Assembly (NCBI GenBank): GCA_950097015.1
Contig: CATNEN010000025.1
Coordinates: 1-64,000, forward strand
From: Macrostomum hystrix
Taxonomy: Eukaryota > Animalia > Platyhelminthes
Reading direction: 5' to 3'
DNA length: 64,000 nucleotides
Below, piece after piece: positions 11,221 through 23,718 of this stretch. The first letter of the stretch is position 1, and each line of letters opens with the position of its first letter. The position numbers and the translations under genes were made by a program. The notes below the pieces were generated by a model. That model worked only from the letters and a program-made list of their open reading frames with translations. It was not told where the DNA came from and did not search any database.

Positions 11221-12434
11221 GACGGGCCAAGAGTCCTTCATCAGTAAGAATTTCGTCTTCTTGTCATCTCTGCTGATTAACCTTGAAGCCGGATTGCCTA
11301 CAGCTTTGAAGGCTGTCGGGCTTCAAAACTTTGTTCGACATGCTTGCCAAAAAACTTGCGTCACAATATCGACAGACAATGTCCCTCCGAGGATTTGGCG
11401 CAACTGCAGATCTCTGTCGCAAATCTAATTTGATTTTCTGAGTGAGTGACATCACTAGATTTACCGCTGAAGCCATAGAACTCAAGGATCTGGAGAGTTG
11501 GACCGATCCGGAAGCCCTGGCGCGCCCTTGTAAGGCCAGCTCAAATCACAGACTCTCATCCAAGCTACTCAAGATTGTCACACTACTCGGCGCAGTTGGC
11601 GAAGGGCGCAATCAAACGGAAATCAATATAGTCTCAGTCGGAGAAGCCCTAATAGCCAGGCCTAGTTACTGATCTGCCTCTAAGTCACTGCAAATCCTAG
11701 AGAATTTCCATTGCTAGTGAGCACAGGACTCACAGAATCCTGTCTGTATTTATTTATATACACGCGTGTGGATATCCTAATATGCAGATTTGAGAATATG
11801 GCGACACTGCTTGCTATACTTTGGTCCGCTAGTTTTCTAGTTTTCTGTTTTTATTTCGGCCGTTCGTGAAGTTGAAAAGGGAGCATAAGTTTAGTATTCC
11901 TGCCGCTTCCTATGAGACTCATTGCTGGTCAGTGGGATGCGCTGACTGTTTCTGGCTGAAGGTCCGCGCAACTGTTGCGTAATCATTCTACACTAGTCCC
12001 AAATTTGTGGGAAAATTATACAGACAACAATTTCCTCGATCAGTTTATGCATATGTATTGGGGAAGAATTTAACAAACTTTGTCTAGTCAGTGACAACTG
12101 CATTGCGGCCAAAAATTACTATGCGGATGCATGCACCCTAGTGTCCCTGGGAACAATATACTGTCTTTCACGCCCAAGCAGCCATGCTAAAACAAATCTG
12201 ATAGATCATATCTGTTAGTTAACCTCTGAGACTATGTGATTTTGTGCAATTAGATTGCATCACCTGCTTGACTGGACACTTTGTATCTGAGTTTTTCTTT
12301 TCTAGAAAATGAGACTGAATTAGAATTCTATAATTATCTGTGAGCACAATCTCGCATTGTTGTGGGCGGTGCTAAAATATGCCTGGGGAGACATATTTTT
12401 TCATCTGAATCACAGATAATCCTTATTATTAAAA

Positions 12435-13110
12435 TGATAGAACAAGATGAAAGAGATACGATACATTAGAGATGAGACATGGGAGAGATGAGACACGGGA
12501 CAGATGAGACACTGGAGAGATGAGACACGGGAAAGATGAGACACGGGAGAGATGAGACACAGTAGAGATGAGACACAGTAGAGATGAGACATGGGAGAGA
12601 TGAGACACAGTAGAGATGAGACACGGGAGAGATGAGACACAGGAGAGATGAGACTCGGAGAGACATGGAGAGATAAGACACGAGACAGATGAGACACGGG
12701 AGAGACGAGACACGGGAGAGATGAGAAACGGGAGAGATGAGACACGGGAGAGGAGAGACATGGAGAGATAATACACGAGAGAGAATTGAGATACGGGAGA
12801 GATGAGACACGGGAGAGATGAGACACGGGAGACGAGAGACTTGGAGAGATAATACACGAGAGAGGATGAGACACGGGAGAGATTAGACATGAAGTAGATG
12901 AGATACGGGAGAGATGAAGACACGGGAGAGATTAGACATGAAGTAGATGAGACACGAGAGAGATGAGACACGGGAGAGATGAGATACGGAGAGATGAGAC
13001 ACGGGAGAGATTAGACATGAAGTAGATGAGACACGAGAGAGATGAGATTCTGGAGAGATGAGACACAGGAGAGATTAGACATGAAGGAGATGAGAAACGA
13101 GATGACACAG
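12435..13110. repeat. 16-bp minisatellite (GGGAGAGATGAGACAC), degenerate, ~40 copies
   Basis: The 16-nt period gives the 16-aa pseudo-repeat SHLSRVSSLPCLISPV on the minus strand. Confidence 0.92.
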
Positions 13111-13653
13111 GTTGACACAGATAAGATTAAACTCATTTTCGAAGATGAGACTGCATAAAACTTAGCATTTAGCAGTGAACTCGGGCGATCGCACAAGGTA
13201 AGAGATGAGACGTTGAGATCGCAAAACTATTAAATAAGAAATCCAATGAGGTATAGCAAAGCCTTCAATATGAAATCTATTTAAAGGTGGAATATTGTTT
13301 AGCCCCAGGGTGTAGCAAACACAGATTCCCACCTATATCGTGGCGATGCAACAGTAGCGAAGCATTGAGATTGGCGGTCGCGGCTTTGTTTGCATAGACG
13401 GTCCAAACCTAAGAGAATGGCACAACTGGCAAAACACAAAGGCAATCTAGTGTATTTGGCTTACTGAGCTGAATTAATGCTAAAGAATAATGAGCTGAAA
13501 CACTCATTAGATTATTCCGAAGACCTACTGCAATGTTTTCTCTTACAACTAATGCGAAACTGGCCTCTGTTCGTGCTTTTCCCAATTTTATTTACATTTT
13601 TTCCCGATTCACTATATGTCTGCGGCCAAGGCAACAAAGTGCAGGCTTACAAT

Positions 13654-13681
13654 TGCTGCTGCTGCTGCTGCTGCTGCTGCT
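13654..13681. repeat. (TGC)9 microsatellite
   Basis: Direct inspection. Confidence 0.9.
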
Positions 13682-14859
13682 AGGCCTCGAAGGCAGTCCG
13701 ACCATCTAAAAAACTACATTAATCAAGCATGTCAGCGCGAACCTTTAACTGTACCAATGGGAACACCTGGAATTGGGATTTGGCAATAGATTTTCATTGA
13801 CGTTGGGAGGTGGTGCTGTTTCTAAGAAAACCGTTAATTTAGTACACGCTTTCCAGCAAGAATGCATTCGAAGATAATCTGTGATAACATTTTCGGTAAA
13901 ACCCTTTGATTTAAGAAACTAGCCTGCTTCTAGTCTTTTTAATCCTAGTTCAATTCGGACTTTTATTGGAACAAAAAAAACATTTTTTGCCGAAAGTGAA
14001 AAATCGGGAGCTTGTTAAAATGCTAAATTTAATTTCCTTTCAAGCGCCTGTGTCCTCTAGTTCGGTACATCCCCAGGCCCGGGCCTCTGAAACACGAATC
14101 TTTCCTGCGAATTCGGTCGATGGGAAAAATTGAACAGCAGAAATTTATGTTCAACTCTCGCAAAAAACTAGATTTTCTGCACACAAACGAGGACATCATA
14201 TCCGTTGCGAAGTGTATCTCCAGCTCCGTACCTTTTTCCGATTCCGAGGTACTATTTGAAAATTCAATTTCCCATCACGCGCGCACCTAGCGGGTGGGAT
14301 GGCGGGCTGACATGGGATAAAACTCCCACTGGGCAATCCCACAGACCCACTGCGCAACCTGTCAATTTAGTTTCCTCCTATATTGCTTGGAGACAGACAG
14401 ACGAACAGGTGGATGTAAGTGACGCATTCTGCTGACTGTTGGATAGACATGGGGACAGAGGGGGAGATGGGAGGGTGGGTGGCTGCGTAAGAGGGAAATG
14501 GAATTTTGGCAGCTGTTTAGTTGTCAAGCCTCATTTTCAGCAGCAGCAGCAGCAGAAGCAGAGGAGGCAAAAACGACGATTGATAAGGTGGTAAAAAAGT
14601 AGCTTACAAACATTATTTCAGCCCTGTCAGGTGCCTGATCAGTTTGAGTAATTGTTTAACAAATAACACAGTACATACTGACTGCAGTGCGTGTGTGGAA
14701 TGCTGCTGAGAAATGATTATGCGTAACTTTTGTGCGGGTTAGTTGAGTATTCATTATTTTATTTTGGCTTAGCAAGTGTCGAGCTTTTCTAGGCTGAAAT
14801 TGAATTCCTAACCTGAATAATAATTCCCAAACTAAAATACTTAATTTCACAAACTAAAT

Positions 14860-15152
14860 ACTCATCCCCAGTCAGAAGCTTATCCCCCACCTAAAGCTTA
14901 ATCACCCACCTGAAACTAAATTACCTCACCTGAATCCTTATCATCCACCTGCTGAAGCTTATTCCCCATCTGAAGCTTATCCCCTGAAGCTTAATCCCAC
15001 ACCTTATGCTTTATCCCCCTGAAGCTTAATCTCACACCTGAAGCTTAATCCCCACCTGAAGCTTGATCCCCCACCTGAAGCTTGATCCCCCACCTGAAGC
15101 CTAATCCTCCATCGGAAGCTTAATCCCCACCTGAAGCTTACTCCCCCACCAG
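14860..15152. repeat. Degenerate 18-19-bp repeat (CCCCACCTGAAGCTTAAT)
   Basis: Recurrent cacctgaagctt core. Confidence 0.8.
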
Positions 15153-16684
15153 AAGATTCGAATTGCTGAGATGTGAACTCCCGACCTCTCAGTGGTGTAC
15201 GCTTAAAGCTGCCTTGTGTCTCATTTTACGTGCCACTATCTGGTTCTTGGAATCTTTAGCAACACTGGAAGCATCCGCCTGTTGCTGCTGCTGCATCAAG
15301 AATGATGCAAACCAGATTCCTTCTATAGTCAGTACCAAGGTGCTGATTATCACAGCCAATGATTTCATCTATGGGCATGGTTACCGGCAATCAACAGGAT
15401 CTTTGGCACAGCTGGCTGACTGTCGAACTGCACTCGATTATTAAGCGAAAACTGTCAGATTAACAGATTAAACCAGCGGGGACTGGGCCTAATAGATTCA
15501 AAAAGTTTCACTTGGCTTATGCAATAGGCTTCCAATTTTTTCTCACGTAATGGAAAGGAATTAGCTCTTAATTGGAAATGGGATGCTGCACATAATAAGT
15601 GTCGCCTGTTAATGGGGACAACTCTAAATTTTGTTCGGTTCAGTAGATGCACAGCACATTTTTCATCTACTCGTACGCTAGCCACTGTCGCCTCAGGGCC
15701 TTCTCGAAAAGCCGAAAGTGGACTTGGGAGAGCAGGACTGACATACTTACAACCTTACACTGCCGCATCAAACTCCAGAAGAACCGTTTCTATAATCCTA
15801 CAAAATCATCTGGCCTAAGGCTTGAAGTGTGAAATTTGCTGCAGTTTTTTCCCATCGACAAATTTCCCATCTGTAACCAACCGTTAGCTGCTAACAATGC
15901 AGAGTACTATGAAACTGAAAATGTACCTGCTTGATATTCAGAGGCCTATTTTAAAGACAGAATTGGTCGTTTTATTGGGTTCAAACCCTCAGTCCTTTTT
16001 TAACGAGAACTTCAGAATAGGGAGCTAGCTAGGAATGAGTCAGTTACAGCCAGCAAACCTGAGAAAGTTTATTTTGTTTGTGAATCACTCCTATGCAGCC
16101 ACGCAGTCACTGTGCAATCAAATGTAAGGAAAAGCGAAAATTAAACAACAACAAAAATTGACGCCGCGATCTTCGGTCGCTTTGAACGTCAGGTGACGAG
16201 CAAGTAATCAACTTTTCGAAGTCTCTCACTCGATCTCGCCGTGTCGAGTCTCCAAGGCCCGTCCGTCGGCTTTTTAATATCAACAGCGGGCTTACTCCAG
16301 CCCAACCGAGCCACTGGACATTGGCTGGATGACGCAATGCCCCGCTTCATCACCCCTCGGATGTCTGTCCCCGAGGCCATGACCTGCCCTCGCTGCGTGT
16401 CGATCTGCAGTGGCGGAGAGGTCCACCATCAGACAGCTGTTGCTCTCAGGGATATTCCAAAGCCATCACACTTCATTGTCCACTGGATTGGTTGAGTTTC
16501 GACCATTCGGGGTGGCGTTACAGCGATTGTGTAACTTAATTTCGAATCGGAAAACTTCTCTTCCACTCATTGATGTGTCCGACAGTAATTCACAGTTTGT
16601 TTTCCAGCCAGTGGCTCCATGTGACAACGAAGCTTGAAAGCTTCAAAAAACAGCATTAAATTATATATAAGTTATATTAATTTA

Positions 16685-16907
16685 TGGATTCCTGAGTACA
16701 TAATCACACAGATAAGGTACGGAAGCACGCACATAGGATGTACATCAGCCCATACTTTTTCGTTGTCAATCAGTGTACATTCTGACTGTGCCTCAAAGTT
16801 GCAAACTTCCCAAGCATTCTCTCCGCAGCTGCGCCCCAAGTAAATGTGGCCTAGCCGCGGAATCGAGCTCGGGGACCTCGGTGCGAGCGGCAAACTGCCA
16901 ATCACCC
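16685..16907 (-). mobile_element. Diverged, truncated SINE family A copy
   Basis: CTCTCCGCAGCTGCGCCCCAA...ATGTGGCCTAGCCGCGGAATCGAGCTCGGGGACCTCGGTGCGAG matches the 28788-29131 and 47830-48158 copies. Confidence 0.7.
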
Positions 16908-17633
16908 CTCTAAGCTAGGAGTTTATTTTGGCGAAATCTCCTCATTGACACAAAAATATAGAATAAGACTGAAGATATTTCCACACACAGTGGTCCAGTC
17001 ATTCAGCATATTCCGTGACAGAATTTCGTATCTTAGATCAGTGACTATAGCGAAACATTTGGACAAAAAGTGAAAGCTACAAGCGAACAAGCAAATTGAT
17101 CTCGCGTTTGTCAGAAAAGGCGCGGTGTATACTCGTGTTAGATGCCTAGATCTGTCTATAGATTAGCGCGGTAAGCAATCTAACCCTTTGAGCCATCCGT
17201 CCGTTTTGGGAATCTTATTTTTATACCCCGTTAAAATAGTCCCATAGTTGCTAAACCGTAGAATACGCTCGTACATATGAAACAGTTCGTTAATAACCTC
17301 ACTTGATGATCACCTTTCTCCTAGCAACTGACGGGACTAACGCACATCATATTTTTTTCTTTCCACATAGAAAGACAAAGAAGAGAGACAAATTCCATGT
17401 GCAGTTATCCTCTTCCCGTCTTCAACTTCATATTTGTCTCTATTGTGTGAAGTTAGCGATCGTGATTTAGCTCGTAATATACTATAGTCTTGCCAACTTT
17501 CGGGTGGATGATTAAGCCCAAAGCGTTATAGGCTGAAAACATTTCATACGCTGACATTGGAAACGGAGACGTCTATGGCAAATAGTTTGGTAGCACCCAT
17601 CCCAAGAGCAGCTTTTTCATGAACGCTATAGGT

Positions 17634-18256
17634 CTGTCTATGGGCCAACTCGAAAATACACCTGAGAGCTTTAAAATTAGACATCTAAACACTTGTCTAT
17701 GGTTAAACCAAATGAACTCAATAAGGCTTGTAAAGTTTGCTGCCCAGAAAGTGTCACCATTTACTGTTATTGAGACATAGAAACGAGACTCCAACGTACG
17801 CGAAAAAAACGCGAGAAAAAAAGAGACATCGTTTAGCAAGCTTGGAAAAAAGTGGGCACTGGGTGACATCTCTCGAATGCTAGGGCATCAAGCGAACCTC
17901 CGTGTACAACATCTGCCACGCTTTTGATTTGGAAGTGAGTCTCTAAGCACTGCCCAGGGGTGGAACTAAGAACCAAAATCTCACCGAACCTATGAAAGAC
18001 TTTCTGCAAGCTGCGGTCGAGGAGAATCTGTTGGTCACGTTGCAACAGCTACGCAGAGACTCGCTGTCTAATTGTCCACCCCTGAGCAGTGCTTAGAGGC
18101 TCCCTTCCAAATCAAAAGCGTGGCAGATGTTGTACACGTAGGAGGTTCGCTTGATGCCCTAGCATTCGAGAGATGTCCATAGACAAGTGTTTAGATGTCT
18201 GCCCGCTGTCTAATTTCAAAGCCCGCAGGTGTATTTTCGAGTTGGCCCATAGACAG
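17634..18256. mobile_element. Fold-back remnant: two inverted copies of the 5' end of a Tc1/IS630-superfamily transposon around a 110-bp spacer
   Basis: 17634-17701 pairs with 18178-18256, and 17865-17964 pairs with 18075-18177. The corrected translation DISRMLGIKRTSVYNICHAFDLE.SL*AL.RGGTKNQNLTEPMKDFLQAAVEENLLVTLQQLR resembles Tc1/IS630-type HTH N-termini (family call by eye). Confidence 0.65.
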
Positions 18257-19815
18257 CAGTCGCTGTGTGGTGCCGCAGCAAGCTCAGTGTTCAATTTAAA
18301 AGCCCGCTTTCGCAAAGGCATCGCAAAATGCTATAGAATATACGTATTCTCATGTACGAGTTAAAATCAATCGTTGTCATTCTACTCATTGATTTCCTGA
18401 ATGTTTTTTCAATCTATTTCCGCACCGATCAATAACGTGTTATCGGTGAAAGCTATTATAACCATCTTTGGAGGCTTGCAACACATTGATACATTGCCTC
18501 TTTAAAGATTCGGAAATATACAGAAACAGGGATTCGGATAGCAGTATTTTAAGTGGAACCTTTATTTCTCGCCGAAACTTTCACCAGGTGACATTCTCGA
18601 TCGCTGCACGCTGATTTTCCGGTCGGCAAATCCTCTCTTAGCAATGCGGCAGATGAGCTTTCCAAGAAATGCGCCTTCTTCTACTCATCCTTGCTGTAAA
18701 TTCCTCAACATAATTCCGTCAAACTGAGGGCACTGAGAATGGGATTTAATCCCATTTTCCCCTCTCTGACTCCCACTGCATCCTCCTCGTCTAGGTGGGA
18801 GATCCGCGGCTTGCGCCACGATCCTTGCAGCTGAGTTCCAAGACTCGGAAACTGGATAGACAGGACCCCGAATCGATGCCGGCCTCTTAAAGCTGCTGGA
18901 TATTTTCCCAACAAGGCTCCTCCTCATTTTTTTTCCAATTCTCTTTCCGTGGATAAAACTCGTCCGAGTGGCGGAATGGCGGGATATCTCAATCTGAGAA
19001 GGACTATGAAGGGGAATGGATAACCCAATCAATGGTGCGTCTGATGTGTGCGCTCTATGCAGCGGTATCAACCGTCCTTTTCGGCCCCTCCCAATCGTTT
19101 ACCGTGATTTATAGCTGGCACACTGTTAGAGCATTTTATTTTATTTTTGCGAACTTCTCCAACAAAGGTATTGGTGTCGCTCCGGTCGACTGATCAGTTT
19201 GTGCTGCTTGTCTCAGGAACAATTTATACTAGCACGGCTACTAATTTGGTTAGTACCAGTCCAGCCAAGACCACTCTATTGGTAGCTGGTCAGCAATGTG
19301 TGCTTTTCTGCTCGCTGGCTGATTAGCCTTGGGCCAGTCTTGTTTGCCCAGTGAGTCCTTCCTCCACGGGTGTATGGGGGGGTTCTCAAGATCCGCCAGT
19401 TGAGGAGAGGTTGGGAGGGGCGGCAGTTTGAGACTGATTGATGGAGCTTGGGATGCTGGCATGGCATCCTTGTCGGGACTGGATGAGCATCCTCACTTAT
19501 AGCATCATCTCACTTTTCCGATTGTAAATTTCCCAGGACACCAATCGGGGTCACCAACCCTCGGCTGATGAATCTGGCTTCTTGGAAGCCTTCTATGGCA
19601 TATTTGATAAACCAATTTGACTAACTTGGCCAACTCCACTGGCTTTGCACTTATGCTCTTTCTCAAGAAAATCTAGCGAATACTATTTATTAAGGTTCGG
19701 CCATAGACAAACATGAATTCCGGCTCGAAAAACTCCGACAGTCCCGTCCAATAACCCTCTTCTGTTTTATTTCTTCATATATTATCTTTATTAGTCTAAT
19801 CTACTCCGTGCTTCA

Positions 19816-21999
19816 TCTCTCCCTGTCTTATCTCTTCCGGGTCTCCTCTCTCCATGTCTTATCTCTTCCGGGTCTCCTCTCTCCCTGTCTTATCTCTTCC
19901 GGGTCTCCTCTCTCCCTGTCTTATCTCTCCTAGGTCTCCTCTCTCCCTGTCTTATATCTCTTCGGTCTCCTCTCTCCCTGTCTTTTCTCTCCCTGCCTTA
20001 TCTCTCCCTGGTCTCCTCTCTCCCTGTCTTATCTCTCCCGGGTCTCCTCTCGCCCTGTCTTATCTCTCCTGAGTCTCTTCTCTCCCTGTCTTAACTCTCC
20101 TGAGTCTCCTCTCTCCCTGTCTTATCTCTCCCGGATCTTCTCTCACTGTCTTTTCTCTCCCTGTCTTATCTCTCCCTGGTCTCCTCTCTCCCTGTCTTAT
20201 CTCTCCCTGGTCTCCTCTCTCCCTGTCTTATCTCTCCCGGGTCTCCTCTCTCCCTGTCTTATCTCTCCCGGGTCTCCTCTCTCCCTGTCTTATCTCTCCC
20301 TGGTCTCCTCTCTCCCTGTCTTATCTCTCCCGGGTCTCCTCTCTCCCTGTCTTATCTCTCCCGGGTCTCCTCTCTCCCTGTCTTATCTCTCCCTGGTCTT
20401 TTCTCTCCCTGTCTTATCTCTCCCTGGTCTCCTCTCTCCCTGTCTTATCTCTCCCTGGTCTCCTCTCTCCCTGTCTTATCTCTCCCGGGTCTCCTCTCTC
20501 CCTGTCTTATCTCTCCCGGGTCTCCTCTCTCCCTGTCTTATCTCTCCCGGGTCTCCTCTCTCCCTGTCTTATCTCTCCCTGGTCTCCTCTCTCCCTGTCT
20601 TATCTCTCCCGGGTCTCCTCTCTCCCTGTCTTATCTCTCCCTGGTCTCCTCTCTCCCTGTCTTATCTCTCCCTGGTCTCCTCTCTCCCTGTCTTATCTCT
20701 CCCGGGTCTCCTCTCTCCCTGTCTTATCTCTCCCTGGTCTCCTCTCTCCCTGTCTTATCTCTCCCGGGTCTCCTCTCTCCCTGTCTTATCTCTCCCTGGT
20801 CTCCTCTCTCCCTGTCTTATCTCTCCCTGGTCTCCTCTCTCCCTGTCTTATCTCTCCCTGGTCTCCTCTCTCCCTGTCTTATCTCTCCTAGGTCTCCTCT
20901 CTCCCTGTCTTATATCTCCTAGGTCTCCTCTCTCCCTGTCTTATCTCTCCTAGGTCTCCTCTCTCCCTGTCTTATATCTCTTCGGTCTCCTCTCTCCCTG
21001 TCTTTTCTCTCCCTGCCTTATCTCTCCCTGGTCTCCTCTCTCCCTGTCTTATCTCTCCCGGGTCTCCTCTCTCCCTGTCTTATCTCTCCCGGGTCTCCTC
21101 TCTCCCTGGTCTCCTCTCTCCCTGTCTTATCTCTCCTAGGTCTCCTCTCTCCCTGTCTTATATCTCCTAGGTCTCCTCTCTCCCTGTCTTATCTCTCCTA
21201 GGTCTCCTCTCTCCCTGTCTTATATCTCTTCGGTCTCCTCTCTCCCTGTCTTATCTCTCCCTGTCTTTTCTCTCCCTGCCTTATCTCTCCCGGGTCTCCT
21301 CTCTCCCTGTCTTATCTCTCCCGGGTCTCCTCTCTCCCTGTCTTATCTCTCCCGGGTCTCCTCTCTCCCTGGTCTCCTCTCTCCCTGCCTTATCTCTCCC
21401 TGGTCTCCTCTCTCCCTGTCTTATCTCTCCCGGGTCTCCTCTCTCCCTGTCTTATCTCTCCAGGGTCTCCTCTCTCCCTGGTCTCCTCTCTCCCTGTCTT
21501 ATCTCTCCCTGGTCTCCTCTCTCCCTGTCTTATCTCTCCCTGGTCTCCTCTCTCCCTGTCTTATCTCTCCCTGGTCTCCTCTCTCCCTGTCTTATCTCTC
21601 CCTGGTCTCCTCTCTCCCTGTCTTATCTCTCCCGGGTCTCCTCTCTCCCTGGTCTCCTCTCTCCCTGTCTTATCTCTCCCTGGTCTCCTCTCTCCCTGTC
21701 TTATCTCTCCCGGGTCTCCTCTCTCCCTGTCTTATCTCTCCCGGTCTCCTCTCTCCCTGTCTTATCTCTCCCTGTCTTATCTCTCCCTGGTCTCCTCTCT
21801 CCCTGTCTTTTCTCTCCCGGGTCTCCTCTCTCCCTGTCTTAACTCTCCTGAGTCTCCTCTCTCCCTGTCTTTTCTCTCCCGGGTCTCCTCTCTCCCTGTC
21901 TTATCTCTCCCTGTCTTATCTCTCCCTGGTCTCCTCTCTCCCTGTCTTTTCTCTCCCGGGTCTCCTCTCTCCCTGTCTTAACTCTCCTGAGTCTCCTCT
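19816..21999. repeat. 31-bp CT-rich minisatellite (CTGTCTTATCTCTCCCKGGTCTCCTCTCTCC), ~70 copies
   Basis: 31-nt period, built from related 15- and 16-nt halves. Confidence 0.96.
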
Positions 22000-22854
22000 A
22001 TCTACTCTACTCCACTGTTGTGTGTTTCAAGCAAATAACAGGCCAATGATAAGAAGTACTCACAATAGAATGAGAAGCTGCTGAGTCATTTGTTCATTCC
22101 TGAATTGTGATTTATGATCCATCAATGCAAGCCAATAATAAGGTCGAAAAAAGAAGCTGTGTGTTGATCAGCGATCGAGTTTTCAATGGAAAAGAAGAGA
22201 AAGGGAAATAATCTGTCGCAGCGATTACGTCAGCAGAGTGGGGGGACAGGATTTGACGGGATTGCCTGGTACCAGCCAGTCCTCCTCACTTCAAGTCACT
22301 TCGCTAATCGTTTGTGGCAATCAATTCAATTGAAATTAAAGACTTCGGCTGTCCACTCCGAGGGGCGGACCGATTTTCTCCCTTCAAATCCGCACCAAAT
22401 AATCCCACTTTCCATAGCGGGACTGGGGCAAATCTTTCTGGCTCTGCCCTCGGAGTCCGCGTGAAAATTCATATTTTACTGGGACTCAAAGCCTTGGAAA
22501 ACTGGCTCCACGCTGGCTCAGCAATTTCTGGGAAGTGGGTCGGCTGTGTTGCGCAATGGGGTTTTCAAGTCTCCACAATTTCGCGCATGCAGATTGAAGG
22601 TGAGTTTAGTATGCTCAACTAAATAAATCTGGATGAGCAGAATAGGAGGGCTGGCATTGTTGCAGATGAGCAACTCAACTGGGCAAAGCCACAAATCCCA
22701 TTATTCGGTGGTAAGCTTCTACTTGAGAAAGATTTAAGTACATTTTTGCTCTGAACTGCTGCGAGTTCTGCTTGATTGAATTTGGCCTCAAATGGCTCCC
22801 GGAATAACTAGAGCTGCTAGCTTTGCCCCCGGGCGATTTTAACACAATCCGCCG

Positions 22855-22902
22855 TTAGATAGATAGATAGTTAGATAGATATATAGATAGATAGATAGAT
22901 AT

Positions 22903-22934
<32 letters not shown>

Positions 22935-23109
22935 TTAGATAGATAGATAGATAGATATATAGATAGATAGATAGATATATAGATAGATAGATAGATAGAT
23001 AGATAGTTAGATAGATAGATAGATAGATATATAGATAGATAGATAGATAGATAGATATATAGATAGATAGATAGATGATAGATAGATGATAGATAGATGA
23101 TAGATAGAT

Positions 23110-23140
<31 letters not shown>

Positions 23141-23188
23141 GATAGATAGATGATAGATAGATAGATGATAGATAGATGATAGATAGAT

Positions 23189-23219
<31 letters not shown>

Positions 23220-23297
23220 GATAGATAGATGATAGATGATAGATAGATAGAAAGATGTTCTGGTTTTTTGTCAGTCAGTCAGTCAGCCAGTCAGTCA
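22855..23297. repeat. (GATA)n microsatellite, ~400 bp, followed by a short (CAGT)n
   Basis: Direct inspection. Confidence 0.96.
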
Positions 23298-23718
23298 AAC
23301 TATTTCTAACACTATTTCTAAGACTGGGCCAATAATAGTGTCCATTTCCTGCTATAATGGATCATGGCGCTGACTTGCGTAACATCAGACAAACCTGATA
23401 CAGGGACCCCAACAAATTCTTTTGTTCAATTTCAACTTCCATTTCCTCTATTTTATAATCGTCTAATTTTTTGGCTTTAATGCAGTAATTTTTGTCGCAG
23501 AAAGTGACACTTTTAGTGTTTAGTCCCTGTTCCGCATTGTCTGCCAGCGGAACTCTGATAAATGCCTTTTAGGGCCCACCCTAATGTATCGTTTCCATTT
23601 TTATAGTGAGGCAATTATAAAAATGCTCAATACGTAAGTTTAATGAGCAAACATGATTTATATAGTGTGACTGAACCAAGACCATCGGCTGACAAATTAA
23701 CATACACTAAGAATTAGT

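Noticed and set aside
11189-11672. GC-richer segment with several 70-80-aa ORFs; similar segments at 16107-16637 and 18685-19071
   Set aside because: No recognisable domain or splice-site pair. Possibly decayed transposon sequence, but unsupported without a search.
12410-12971. Three overlapping Ser/Leu/Cys-rich minus-strand ORFs
   Set aside because: By-product of the 16-bp repeat.
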